64,000 nucleotides of DNA from Terriglobia bacterium (lineage in GTDB: Bacteria; Acidobacteriota; Terriglobia; Terriglobales; Acidobacteriaceae). Position 1 is the first letter of the stretch. Every line of letters starts with the position of its first letter. Made by a program: the position numbers and the translations under genes. The notes beneath the pieces were generated by a model. That model did not search any database, was not told the origin of the DNA, and saw only the letters and a program-made list of their open reading frames with translations. Shown one piece after another: positions 49,516 to 57,868 of this stretch. The DNA is taken from NCBI GenBank assembly GCA_963758275.1, contig CAVWUW010000031.1:183745-247744 (forward strand), read 5' to 3'.

Positions 49516-50679
49516 ATGGACTTGAAAGCAATCCAGGCAGCCCTGCACGAGCGCAACTTTGACGCGTGGCTGTTCTACGATCATCACCATCGCGACCCCA
49601 TCGCCTATAAAGTCCTGGGCATACCAGAGAGCCTGATGGTCACGCGGCGCTGGTTTTACGTGATCCCGCGCGAAGGCGAGCCAGTGAAACTGGTGCATCG
49701 GATCGAGGCCGGGCACCTGGATTCGTTGCCCGGCAGCAAGCGGCAATACTCATCCTGGCGCGAGCTGTGGGACAACCTGCAGGCCATGCTGGTGCGCTTT
49801 CGGACGGTGGCCATGCAGTATTCGCCCAACAACGTGATCCCATACATCGGGCTGGTGGACGCGGGCACCGTGGAACTGGTGCGGAGTTTTGGCAAGGAGA
49901 TTGTCAGCTCCGGAGACCTGGTGGCGCGTTTCGAAGCCGCCTGGACCGAAGAACAGATTGCCAGCCATTTCGCCGCGCGCGATTCAATTGACGCCATCAT
50001 CCCCGAAGCTTTCAAAGAAATTGGCCAGCGAGTCCGCAGCGGAAACGTAACCGAATACGAAATCCAGCAGTGGTTTGCGCGGGCATTTGAGCGCGAAAAC
50101 ATCATTACAGAGGACCTGCCCATTGTGGCGGTGAACGCCAACAGCGGCAATCCGCATTACGAGCCCAAAGCGGAAGGCTCTGCGCAGATCAAGCCGGGCG
50201 ACTTCGTGCTGCTGGACGTCTGGGGCAAAAAGAACACGCCCGGAGCGGTTTATTACGACATTACCTGGACGGGCGTGATCGGCACGCCTAGCGACAAGCA
50301 GGTGGAAATCTTCAACGTTGTGACCGGCGCGCGCGATGCGGGAGTAAAGAAGGTCCAGGAAGCCTACACGAGCAAGCGCCGTATCGCCGGCTGGGAAGTG
50401 GACCAGGCGACGCGCGAATTCATCACAACTGCCGGCTACGGAGAATTTTTTGTGCATCGCACCGGGCACTCCATTGGCGAGCATGTGCACGGCAATGGCG
50501 CCAACATGGACAACCTGGAGACCAAAGACGAACGGGAAATCATCCCGAATACCTGTTTCTCGGTAGAACCCGGGATTTACCTGCCCGAATTTGGCGTACG
50601 CAGCGAAGTGAACGTGCTTATCCGCAACGGCAGCGCTGAAGTTACAGGTAAAATACAACGCGAACTGGTTTCGATTTAA
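49516..50679 (+). CDS. M24-family metallopeptidase (Xaa-Pro aminopeptidase-like)
   Basis: The pita-bread domain shows DFVLLDVWG, YYDITWTG, HRTGHSIGEHVHG and CFSVEPGIY. Confidence 0.85.
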   Translation: MDLKAIQAALHERNFDAWLFYDHHHRDPIAYKVLGIPESLMVTRRWFYVIPREGEPVKLVHRIEAGHLDSLPGSKRQYSSWRELWDNLQAMLVRFRTVAMQYSPNNVIPYIGLVDAGTVELVRSFGKEIVSSGDLVARFEAAWTEEQIASHFAARDSIDAIIPEAFKEIGQRVRSGNVTEYEIQQWFARAFERENIITEDLPIVAVNANSGNPHYEPKAEGSAQIKPGDFVLLDVWGKKNTPGAVYYDITWTGVIGTPSDKQVEIFNVVTGARDAGVKKVQEAYTSKRRIAGWEVDQATREFITTAGYGEFFVHRTGHSIGEHVHGNGANMDNLETKDEREIIPNTCFSVEPGIYLPEFGVRSEVNVLIRNGSAEVTGKIQRELVSI

Positions 50680-51107
50680 TGGCAGACACACAGACAAGCA
50701 CTACCTCACCCCAGACCCGCACCGCAGCGCCCACAACAGTTTCGACCATGGCAGTTGTGGCCCCGGCCATTGCATGGTTCATTCCAGGAGCGGGCCACCT
50801 GATCCAGAAGCGCTGGCTTCGCGGACTTCTGTTGCTGATCTGCGTGGTCGCGATGTTCGTATTTGGGCTTGCTATGGATGGCAAAATCTACAAATCCAAT
50901 ACCGGTGACCTGCTGGATATTCTAGGATTCATCAGTGATCTGGGCACGGGCGCGCTGTACATCCTTGGACGCATGCTGGACTGGGGCGGAACTGCCATCT
51001 ACATTGCTGCCGCCGATTACGGAACCAAGTTCATTGCGGTAGCCGGACTTTTAAACATCATCAGCGCAGTGGACGCTTACCACATTGCCATTGGGAAGAA
51101 ACCGTGA
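50679..51107 (+). CDS. Hypothetical membrane protein
   Basis: The start overlaps the preceding stop. The N-terminus is T/P-rich and is followed by three hydrophobic helices. Confidence 0.5.
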   Translation: MADTQTSTTSPQTRTAAPTTVSTMAVVAPAIAWFIPGAGHLIQKRWLRGLLLLICVVAMFVFGLAMDGKIYKSNTGDLLDILGFISDLGTGALYILGRMLDWGGTAIYIAAADYGTKFIAVAGLLNIISAVDAYHIAIGKKP

Positions 51108-51292
51108 TCCTGGCCCTTCAACTCTCTCATTTTTCAGCCGCTTTCCTGTTTGCCCTCTTTTCATCCGTGGTGTTCGGAATCTGCTTCCGCAACAACGTCA
51201 GAGAAATGGTGCGCTATGGCGCATATTGCTTTGGCGTGTTCATGATCGGAATGTGGGTGGCCGGATGGGTGATGTGGCTCATACACCATTGA
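51104..51292 (+). CDS. Small hypothetical membrane protein
   Basis: GTGA overlap with the upstream gene. Two hydrophobic helices in 62 aa. Confidence 0.4.
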   Translation: MILALQLSHFSAAFLFALFSSVVFGICFRNNVREMVRYGAYCFGVFMIGMWVAGWVMWLIHH

Positions 51293-51293
51293 G

Positions 51294-51324
51294 TAATTGG
51301 GTCAGTTGGTAAGTGGGTAATTTG
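51294..51324. repeat. Left arm of the octamer-periodic inverted repeat flanking the four-helix-bundle gene
   Basis: TAATTGGG TCAGTTGG TAAGTGGG TAATTTG. It pairs with 51688-51726 and the inner 10 bp are perfect (GGGTAATTTG/CAAATTACCC). Confidence 0.8.
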
Positions 51325-51678
51325 AGCGCCTCCCAACAGCTTCGTGACCGAACCAAGAAGTTCGCAATAAGAATTGTCCGTCTTTTTCAGGCTCCTCCAA
51401 AATCAACCGAAGCGCAGGTTCTCGGCAAGCAATTGCTTCGCTGTGGCACTTCCGTCGCTGCAAATTACCGGGCAGTGTGCCGCGCCAGATCGAAGGCAGA
51501 ATTCATAGCCAGGATCGGCGTGGTTGCGGAAGAGGCGGATGAGAGCGTGCTTTGGTTGGAGCTTCTTGAGGACACTCAAATCCTCGCCAGCAGGCAATTG
51601 CAAGACATATCCAAGGAAGCTCGCGAGTTGGGAGCCATCTTCTCAGCGTCACACAAGACGGCCAAAAACAACAGATAG
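51313..51678 (+). CDS. Four-helix-bundle protein of the 23S rRNA intervening-sequence protein family
   Basis: QLLRCGTSVAANYRAVCRARSKAEFIARIGVVAEEADESVLWLELL matches the family pattern (R..tSi.aNi.E....s..dF...l.ia.gS..E...wl.l). The start codon lies inside the left repeat arm. Confidence 0.85.
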   Translation: MGNLSASQQLRDRTKKFAIRIVRLFQAPPKSTEAQVLGKQLLRCGTSVAANYRAVCRARSKAEFIARIGVVAEEADESVLWLELLEDTQILASRQLQDISKEARELGAIFSASHKTAKNNR

Positions 51679-51687
51679 GCCGCTGGT

Positions 51688-51726
51688 CAAATTACCCAAT
51701 CACCAACTTATTCACTTACCAACTTG
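51688..51726. repeat. Right arm of the octamer-periodic inverted repeat flanking the four-helix-bundle gene
   Basis: CAAATTACCCAATCACCAACTTATTCACTTACCAACTTG. Its reverse complement reads CAAGTTGG TAAGTGAA TAAGTTGG TGATTGGG TAATTTG. Confidence 0.8.
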
Positions 51727-51727
51727 A

Positions 51728-52564
51728 TCATTTCGGCTGTGGTGATGGTTGCGGCGCTCCCGGCGGCACCTGCTTCCCATAGATGATCCGGCTCTTCACA
51801 CCAAAGCGCTTGTAATTCGTATACTTCACAATCTCTCTTACATGCACCGGCCCGGCGCTGAAGTTCAGGTCGTCATCGGCTTTGGTGTAAGTGGGAAACC
51901 AGTATTCGCCGTCGATCTGTTCGCGGTAGGTTACGAACTTGGGCGTGAGATTTTCATTTCCTTTTTTTCGAATGTCAGGAACGTTCTTGCCGCAGGTCTT
52001 CACGATCTGGAAATCACGATTGTCCACCCAGATGCGACCCTGGAAATAGCGCTTATCTTTCTGGATCTTTTTGGGAGCCAGGTCGAAAACATAAGTGTCG
52101 AGCTCATCCACGTGCTGTTGCCCGGCGTATAGAACATCGTATTCAGGCAGATCGTCGGTAGTCATGACGAAGGGCAGGCGGTTACGAAAATCGTCAAAGT
52201 CTTCTTTGGTCATCATGATCCGCTGCAGGGTATTTTGCGGGGCATAGGTTACCTGCTCAATGCGGTTTCCCTTATCGTCATAAAGAATGTCTTCTTTCTG
52301 GCGGAACTCCCCATCCATGGTGTTGCCATCAAGCGTCTGCACCACAATTTCCTGGGTGTACGTGTAATGATTACGGGCTTCCTTAAAAATGGCTTCTTTG
52401 GCCGCGAACTTCTGGATGATTTCCTGCGGAGTTATGCCCGTGGGCTGGGCCGTTTTGAGGGGACCGTTGCCTTCTTCACAGTTGGTTTCCGCTCTCAGAT
52501 GACCAGGAATGCAGGCAAAAAAGACGAGTAAACAGGCGCAAAAGAAGAGCCGCAGATAGTTCAT
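51728..52564 (-). CDS. Secreted protein, paralog A; LolA-like (outer-membrane lipoprotein-sorting protein family) fold suspected
   Basis: Signal peptide MNYLRLFFCACLLVFFACIPGHLRA. The rest aligns along its full length with the neighbouring gene. The DTYVFDLAPK...RYFQGRIWVD pattern is reminiscent of LolA-like proteins. Confidence 0.5.
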   Translation of the reverse strand: MNYLRLFFCACLLVFFACIPGHLRAETNCEEGNGPLKTAQPTGITPQEIIQKFAAKEAIFKEARNHYTYTQEIVVQTLDGNTMDGEFRQKEDILYDDKGNRIEQVTYAPQNTLQRIMMTKEDFDDFRNRLPFVMTTDDLPEYDVLYAGQQHVDELDTYVFDLAPKKIQKDKRYFQGRIWVDNRDFQIVKTCGKNVPDIRKKGNENLTPKFVTYREQIDGEYWFPTYTKADDDLNFSAGPVHVREIVKYTNYKRFGVKSRIIYGKQVPPGAPQPSPQPK

Positions 52565-52732
52565 AAGGATTTGTCTTTTGATCAGGGAATTTCCTGTGTG
52601 GTTAGATGCAACCCAGGCAGGAGAGAGTTGTTGAGAAGAGCCAAAGCCTGTGGCACTTAACAATTCAAAACAGAAATCGCCTCGCTATGGACTAATGTGA
52701 GTTGCTTAGCCAGAGGAGCTGTCAGCTCGCAA

Positions 52733-53587
52733 TCATTTTGATGCCGGCTTGGATTGCTGATCCGCCTCACCACCGTAAGTAATTTTTGTTTTCACTCCGA
52801 AGCGCTGGTAATTGGTGTACTTGATGACCTCCTTGATGTGGACGTCATTGGTGCTGAAATGCAGCACGTCATCAGCGGTGGTGTACGTGGGAAACCAGTA
52901 TTGGCCATCGATCTGTTCGCGGTAAGTGACGAACTTGGGAGTAAGGTTTTCCTGGACGTTCTTTTTCTTCTTTTTTGCCGTGGTTTCCATGCGTGTTTCG
53001 GGGACGGTCTTGCCGCAGGTTTTTACGATTTGAAGATCTTTGTTGTCCACCCAGAGGCGCCCCTGAAAATAGCGCTGGCCCTTTTCGATGGTCTTGGGCG
53101 CCAGGTCAAAGACATATGTATCAATCTCATCCACGTGCTGCTGGCCGGCATAAAGCAGGTTGTATTTGGGAAGATCTTCCGTGGTCATGACAAAGGGCAT
53201 CTGGTTACGGATGTCCTCGTAATCTTCCCGGCTCAAGGAGATTTGAGTGAGCGAGGACTGGGGAGCAAATTTTACGTTCTCTATACGATTACCTTTATCG
53301 TCATACGTAATGTCCTGCACCAACCGGAACTCGCCCGTGACAGAATTGCCTTCCAGTTGCTGAATGGTAACGTCCTGGGTAAAGGTGTAATTGTTGCGGG
53401 CCTCCTTGAAGATGGCTTCACGGGCGGCAAATTTCTGGATGATTTCCTGCGTAGTGATGCCGCTGGGCTGGTCTTGACGAAGAGGACCGGCCCCGGCTTC
53501 ACAATTGGTCTCGGCAGAAACGGCCAGCGGCGAAGCTAAAAGAAGAAGGACAAGCCCGGCGTTCAGGACGAGTCTGGACAGAGTCAT
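52733..53587 (-). CDS. Secreted protein, paralog B of 51728-52564
   Basis: Shared blocks are ETNCE.G.GPL, QEIIQKFAA.EAIFKEARN, YDDKGNRIE, PFVMTT.DLP.Y..LYAGQQHVDE.DTYVFDLAPK and ENLTPKFVTYREQIDG.YWFPTYT. It carries an extra Lys-rich insert (TAKKKKKN). Confidence 0.5.
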   Translation of the reverse strand: MTLSRLVLNAGLVLLLLASPLAVSAETNCEAGAGPLRQDQPSGITTQEIIQKFAAREAIFKEARNNYTFTQDVTIQQLEGNSVTGEFRLVQDITYDDKGNRIENVKFAPQSSLTQISLSREDYEDIRNQMPFVMTTEDLPKYNLLYAGQQHVDEIDTYVFDLAPKTIEKGQRYFQGRLWVDNKDLQIVKTCGKTVPETRMETTAKKKKKNVQENLTPKFVTYREQIDGQYWFPTYTTADDVLHFSTNDVHIKEVIKYTNYQRFGVKTKITYGGEADQQSKPASK

Positions 53588-53708
53588 AGCAGGTTCCCTT
53601 CATCAACAAGGCGGCAGGCCAATGAATGTGCCCGGCTTTTCGTTTTCCAGCGCTGCTGGCCTCAAGCACGAAAAGTCATTTAAACTGGCGTGCTCTCCAG
53701 GAGGCCTG

Positions 53709-55775
53709 ATGCGCGGTTCGAAGTTTGCATTGCTTATTGTACTCACCTTGGCAACTATTCTTGCGGCGGCGAGCCAGACCGCCCCGAGCACGGCGAAACA
53801 CCCTTTTACCTTCAAGGACATGATGACGCTCAAACGCATCGGGTCTCCGTCGCTCTCGCCGGACGGCAAATGGATACTGTTTACCGCGATGGATGTGAAC
53901 CTGAATGAGAACAAGCGGACGAACCACATCTGGGTTGTTCCGATTTCCGGCGGTGATGCACGGCCACTGACCTCCGATCCCGCTGGTGAATCGGGAGCGC
54001 GCTGGTCACCGGACGGGAAGAAGTTTCTTTTTGTGACCGCGAAGGGAGGTAGCCAGCAGGTCTGGGTGGCTGAGTTCAACCCGGCAACGGGCGATATCAA
54101 CGGAAGTCCCGCTCAGATAACTCACATCTCAACCGAGGCAGACGGGGCAATTTGGTCTGCCGACGGGAAGAACATCGTCTTTACTTCTGAAGTTTATCCG
54201 GGCTGCCGCGACGATCTTTGTAACAAGTCCAGTGAAGAAGCTCAGGCAAAATCAAAGGTAAAGGCCCTGATCTTTACCCGGCTGTTCTATCGCCACTGGA
54301 ACGCCTACACGCACTTAAAGCGCAATCACCTCTTTGTGGTGCCGGCCGAGGGAGGCACGGCCAAAGACATCACGCCAGGTGATCATGACGTTCCGCCGTT
54401 CAGTTTGGGCGGGCAGGATTTGTATACGATGTCACCGGACGGCAAGGAAGTGGCGTTCACCAGCAACATTGATGAAGTGGAGGCTACCAGCACCAACAAT
54501 GACGTTTTTGTGGTGCCGATCAGTGGAGGCGAACCGAAAAAGCTGAGTACGAGTCCTGGCGGCGATTCCACGCCGGTCTATTCGCCGGACGGAAAGTGGC
54601 TGGCGTGGCGCATGCAAGTGCGGCCCGGGTATGAGAGCGACCGGTTCCGTCTGGTGATTTATGACCGCAAGGCGGGGCAGATTCATAACCTGACGGAAAA
54701 CGTGGACCGGTGGGTGGAGGCAGTTGCATGGTCGCCGGATTCGAAGACTATCTATTTCACATCAGAAGACAAAGGCGAAATACCGATCTACAGCATTGAC
54801 CTCGATAAACCAAACCAGGTTCACGAGGTGCTGCGCGGCTCGAACGACGAACTGCAAGTCTCCGGCGATGGCAAGATGATGGTCTTCAGCCGCATGTCAG
54901 TGCAGGAGCCGAACGAAATCTTCAAGCTTGCAATCGGAAGCAAAGAGCCGGTCCAACTCACCCACCTGAATGATCCAGTACTGTCACAGATCATGATGCC
55001 GCCAATGGAGTCATTCTGGTTTACGGGCGACACTGGCACCAAGGTGCAGGGATTCATCATCAAGCCGCCCAACTTCAACGCGCAGCGGAAGTATCCGGTG
55101 AAGTTTCTGATTCACGGTGGGCCGCAGGGACAATGGGGCGACGAATGGTCGTATCGCTGGAATGCGGAGTTACTTGCTGCCGATGGCTACGTGGTGATCA
55201 TGATCAATCCGCGCGGCTCGACTGGATACGGGCAGGCGTTCATTGACGGCATCAACGGCGATTGGGGCGGCAAACCATATGTAGACCTGATGAAGGGACT
55301 CGACTACGCTGAGCAGAAATATCCGTTTATCGCCAAGGACCGTGAGTGTGCCTTGGGGGCAAGCTACGGCGGGTACATGATCGACTGGCTGCTGGGCCAC
55401 ACCAACCGCTTCAAGTGTCTGGTGTCACACGATGGCATGTTCAATGCTGAATCTGCGTACGGATCAACGGAGGAATTGTGGTTTCCGGAATGGGAGTTCA
55501 AGGGAACTCCATGGACGAACCGCGAGGGATACCGTAAGTGGTCGCCGCATGAGTATGCCAGCCAATTCAAGACGCCAACGCTGGTCGTACACGGACAGCT
55601 TGATTACCGGTTGGATGTCTCGGAGGGATTTCAGCTCTTTACCACGCTGCAGCGGCTGAAGATTCCGTCCAAGATGCTGTATTTTCCTGACGAAGGACAT
55701 TGGGTACTGAAGCCGCAGAATAGCCAGCTCTGGTACAACACGGTGAATGGATGGGTGGCGCAGTGGACGAAGTAA
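53709..55775 (+). CDS. S9-family serine peptidase (beta-propeller plus alpha/beta-hydrolase; prolyl oligopeptidase/acylaminoacyl-peptidase type)
   Basis: The ATG follows AGGAGG. It has a signal peptide and repeated SPDGK propeller motifs. The catalytic region reads GASYGGYM ... HGQLDYR ... DEGHW. Confidence 0.9.
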   Translation: MRGSKFALLIVLTLATILAAASQTAPSTAKHPFTFKDMMTLKRIGSPSLSPDGKWILFTAMDVNLNENKRTNHIWVVPISGGDARPLTSDPAGESGARWSPDGKKFLFVTAKGGSQQVWVAEFNPATGDINGSPAQITHISTEADGAIWSADGKNIVFTSEVYPGCRDDLCNKSSEEAQAKSKVKALIFTRLFYRHWNAYTHLKRNHLFVVPAEGGTAKDITPGDHDVPPFSLGGQDLYTMSPDGKEVAFTSNIDEVEATSTNNDVFVVPISGGEPKKLSTSPGGDSTPVYSPDGKWLAWRMQVRPGYESDRFRLVIYDRKAGQIHNLTENVDRWVEAVAWSPDSKTIYFTSEDKGEIPIYSIDLDKPNQVHEVLRGSNDELQVSGDGKMMVFSRMSVQEPNEIFKLAIGSKEPVQLTHLNDPVLSQIMMPPMESFWFTGDTGTKVQGFIIKPPNFNAQRKYPVKFLIHGGPQGQWGDEWSYRWNAELLAADGYVVIMINPRGSTGYGQAFIDGINGDWGGKPYVDLMKGLDYAEQKYPFIAKDRECALGASYGGYMIDWLLGHTNRFKCLVSHDGMFNAESAYGSTEELWFPEWEFKGTPWTNREGYRKWSPHEYASQFKTPTLVVHGQLDYRLDVSEGFQLFTTLQRLKIPSKMLYFPDEGHWVLKPQNSQLWYNTVNGWVAQWTK

Positions 55776-55780
55776 AGCTG

Positions 55781-55814
55781 ATCGGGTGATCCGGTGAGCG
55801 GGGGATCGGGTGAT
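55781..55814. repeat. Solo octamer-periodic array immediately after the S9 peptidase stop
   Basis: (TG)ATCGGG TGATCCGG TGAGCGGG GGATCGGG TGAT. The 11-mer GATCGGGTGAT occurs twice. The 8-nt phase and GG positions match the arrays at 51294 and 57741. Confidence 0.6.
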
Positions 55815-55832
55815 TTTTGTTAGAATCGCACC

Positions 55833-56531
55833 GTGCTTAGACCTGCGCTCGTCATTATCATCTTAATCTCGCTGCTCGGCCTTGCTTTTGCGCAAGAGCA
55901 GGGAAAGAAGCCGGATTCTCAGAAGCAGCCACCCATCAAGGTGAACGTACTGAATGTATGCACGCCTGGCACGGATGAGCAGGCGGTGCTGAAGAGCGCG
56001 CTGTCCAAGGCAAAAGGGAAGCCGGCATTTGCCGGCGATTTTGAAATCGCTCGCGGCATGGCCACTCTGAAGGATGCTCCTCCTTCAAAGTATGTGCGTC
56101 TGCGCCGCGACATGGCGTCACAATCTCCGTGGTTGACCGCGCAATATTCCATCAGCCGGGACGATAAAAACACGGTTGAAACGCTGGTGCTGCGGATGCG
56201 CGATCCCAAAGATTTCTACGAACTTTCCATTGAAGACCGCGTATCTTCTGAAGCAGCTTCGCCCGGCGCGGTGCTGAGTTCGGATACGCCGGCGTCGCGA
56301 ATCAGGGTTGAGCGGCTGGGCAAGAGTTCTGTCGCGCTGACACACTGCGAAGAGGTTGATCAGAGTGTGTATGCATCGCTGTTTGCTGAGGCATCGGGGA
56401 TTATGTCGCAGTACAGAAAAGATCTGGGGTTGAGGACGGAGTTTCGAGAGGATATTGAGTGGCTTTCTGGGACGAAAAGGCCGGTTGCGAGCAGCAGCGG
56501 GCGGAAGAAGGCGGTTGGGCAGAAGAAGTAG
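55833..56531 (+). CDS. Hypothetical secreted protein
   Basis: Intact 232-aa ORF with a signal-peptide-like N-terminus. I recognise no motif. Confidence 0.45.
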   Translation: MLRPALVIIILISLLGLAFAQEQGKKPDSQKQPPIKVNVLNVCTPGTDEQAVLKSALSKAKGKPAFAGDFEIARGMATLKDAPPSKYVRLRRDMASQSPWLTAQYSISRDDKNTVETLVLRMRDPKDFYELSIEDRVSSEAASPGAVLSSDTPASRIRVERLGKSSVALTHCEEVDQSVYASLFAEASGIMSQYRKDLGLRTEFREDIEWLSGTKRPVASSSGRKKAVGQKK

Positions 56532-56764
56532 GAAGGGTGGTCCGGCGTGGAACATACGGCCTCAAGTGTTCAGGCATCTTTTGGGTGGTCAAGCAAACGG
56601 AAATACATAGATCCTTCGACTCCCGCTCGCAGATGCTCGCGGTCGGTCAGTCAGGATGACAAACTCGTGGTATTGGCGCTTCTTGAAGAGCTTTAAAAAT
56701 CTTGCAAATCCGGTCAGTTACAGGGCTGAAACTAAATCGATGTTATTGAATCTAATTTAGAGCT

Positions 56765-57703
56765 ATGGAAAATTCCATTCGCGATACTGTGATCCTGGGT
56801 ACCGGCTGCTCCGGCCTGACTGCGGCCATCTACACCGGGCGCGCCAACCTGAAGCCGCTGGTGATCGAAGGGCATGAGCCGGGCGGGCAGCTTTCCATCA
56901 CTACGCTGGTGGAGAATTTCCCTGGATTTCCAGAGGGCATCCAGGGGCCGGAACTGATCGAGAACATGCGCAAGCAGGCCGCGCGTTTTGGCGCGGAGTA
57001 CCTGCCGGGCCATTTGGTGCGCGCTGATTTGATGAAGCGGCCGTTCACTCTGGATTTCGGCGGAGGAAAAACGATACAGGCACGCACGCTGATCATCGCC
57101 AGCGGAGCTTCGGCGCGCTGGCTTGGGCTTCCCAATGAGCACAAGCTGATCGGGCATGGGGTTTCATCCTGCGCAACGTGCGACGGATTTTTTTTCAGCG
57201 GCAAGCCGATTGCGGTGATCGGCGGCGGCGATTCGGCCATGGAAGAGGCGCTCTTTCTGACGCGATTTGCCACCAAGGTCACAGTCATTCATAGGCGTGA
57301 TCACTTCCGGGCCTCCAAGATCATGCTGGACCGGGCCCGCAAGCACGAGAAAATTGAGTTCCTCACGGACACCATTGTGGATGACGTGCTGGACGTGAAC
57401 CAAAAAGAGGTCACAGCCCTCAAGTTGAGGAATAGTAAGACAGGCAAAGCCTGGGATTTTCCCACCAGCGCCATGTTCCTGGGCATTGGACATGAGCCCA
57501 ACGCCAGGATGTTCAATGGCGTTCTTGATATGGACCAGGACGGCTATCTCAAGACACGCGACTTCGTGTTCACCAATGTCCCGGGCGTGTTTGCCTGTGG
57601 CGACGTGCAGGACCGCCGCTATCGGCAGGCTATCACGGCGGCTGGATCAGGCTGCGCCGCGGCAATGGAAGTGGAGAAGTTCTTGGAAGAACACGGAAGA
57701 TAA
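56765..57703 (+). CDS. trxB: Thioredoxin-disulfide reductase
   Basis: Shows GTGCSGLTAA, the redox-active CATCDG, GGGDSAMEEA and GVFACGDV, in 312 aa. Confidence 0.95.
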   Translation: MENSIRDTVILGTGCSGLTAAIYTGRANLKPLVIEGHEPGGQLSITTLVENFPGFPEGIQGPELIENMRKQAARFGAEYLPGHLVRADLMKRPFTLDFGGGKTIQARTLIIASGASARWLGLPNEHKLIGHGVSSCATCDGFFFSGKPIAVIGGGDSAMEEALFLTRFATKVTVIHRRDHFRASKIMLDRARKHEKIEFLTDTIVDDVLDVNQKEVTALKLRNSKTGKAWDFPTSAMFLGIGHEPNARMFNGVLDMDQDGYLKTRDFVFTNVPGVFACGDVQDRRYRQAITAAGSGCAAAMEVEKFLEEHGR

Positions 57704-57732
57704 GGTTCACCGCGGAGGCGCGGAGGCACGGA

Positions 57733-57832
57733 GAAATTTCGTAATTGGGTAATCTGGTAATTTAGTAATCGAAACAACTTGGCACATTTTTTCAAATTAC
57801 CCAATTACCAAATTGCACAATTACCAAATTTC
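57733..57832. repeat. ORF-less 100-bp imperfect palindrome built from the same TAATnnGG octamers
   Basis: The left arm is GAAATTTCG TAATTGGG TAATCTGG TAATTTAG TAATCG. The right arm is CAAATTACCCAATTACCAAATTGCACAATTACCAAATTTC. This gives a stem of about 37 bp with about 7 mismatches and a loop of about 20 nt, between trxB and the proline dehydrogenase gene. Confidence 0.8.
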
Positions 57833-57868
57833 TATGATTGATCCCACCTGTGATCACCCCGGAGCGCC

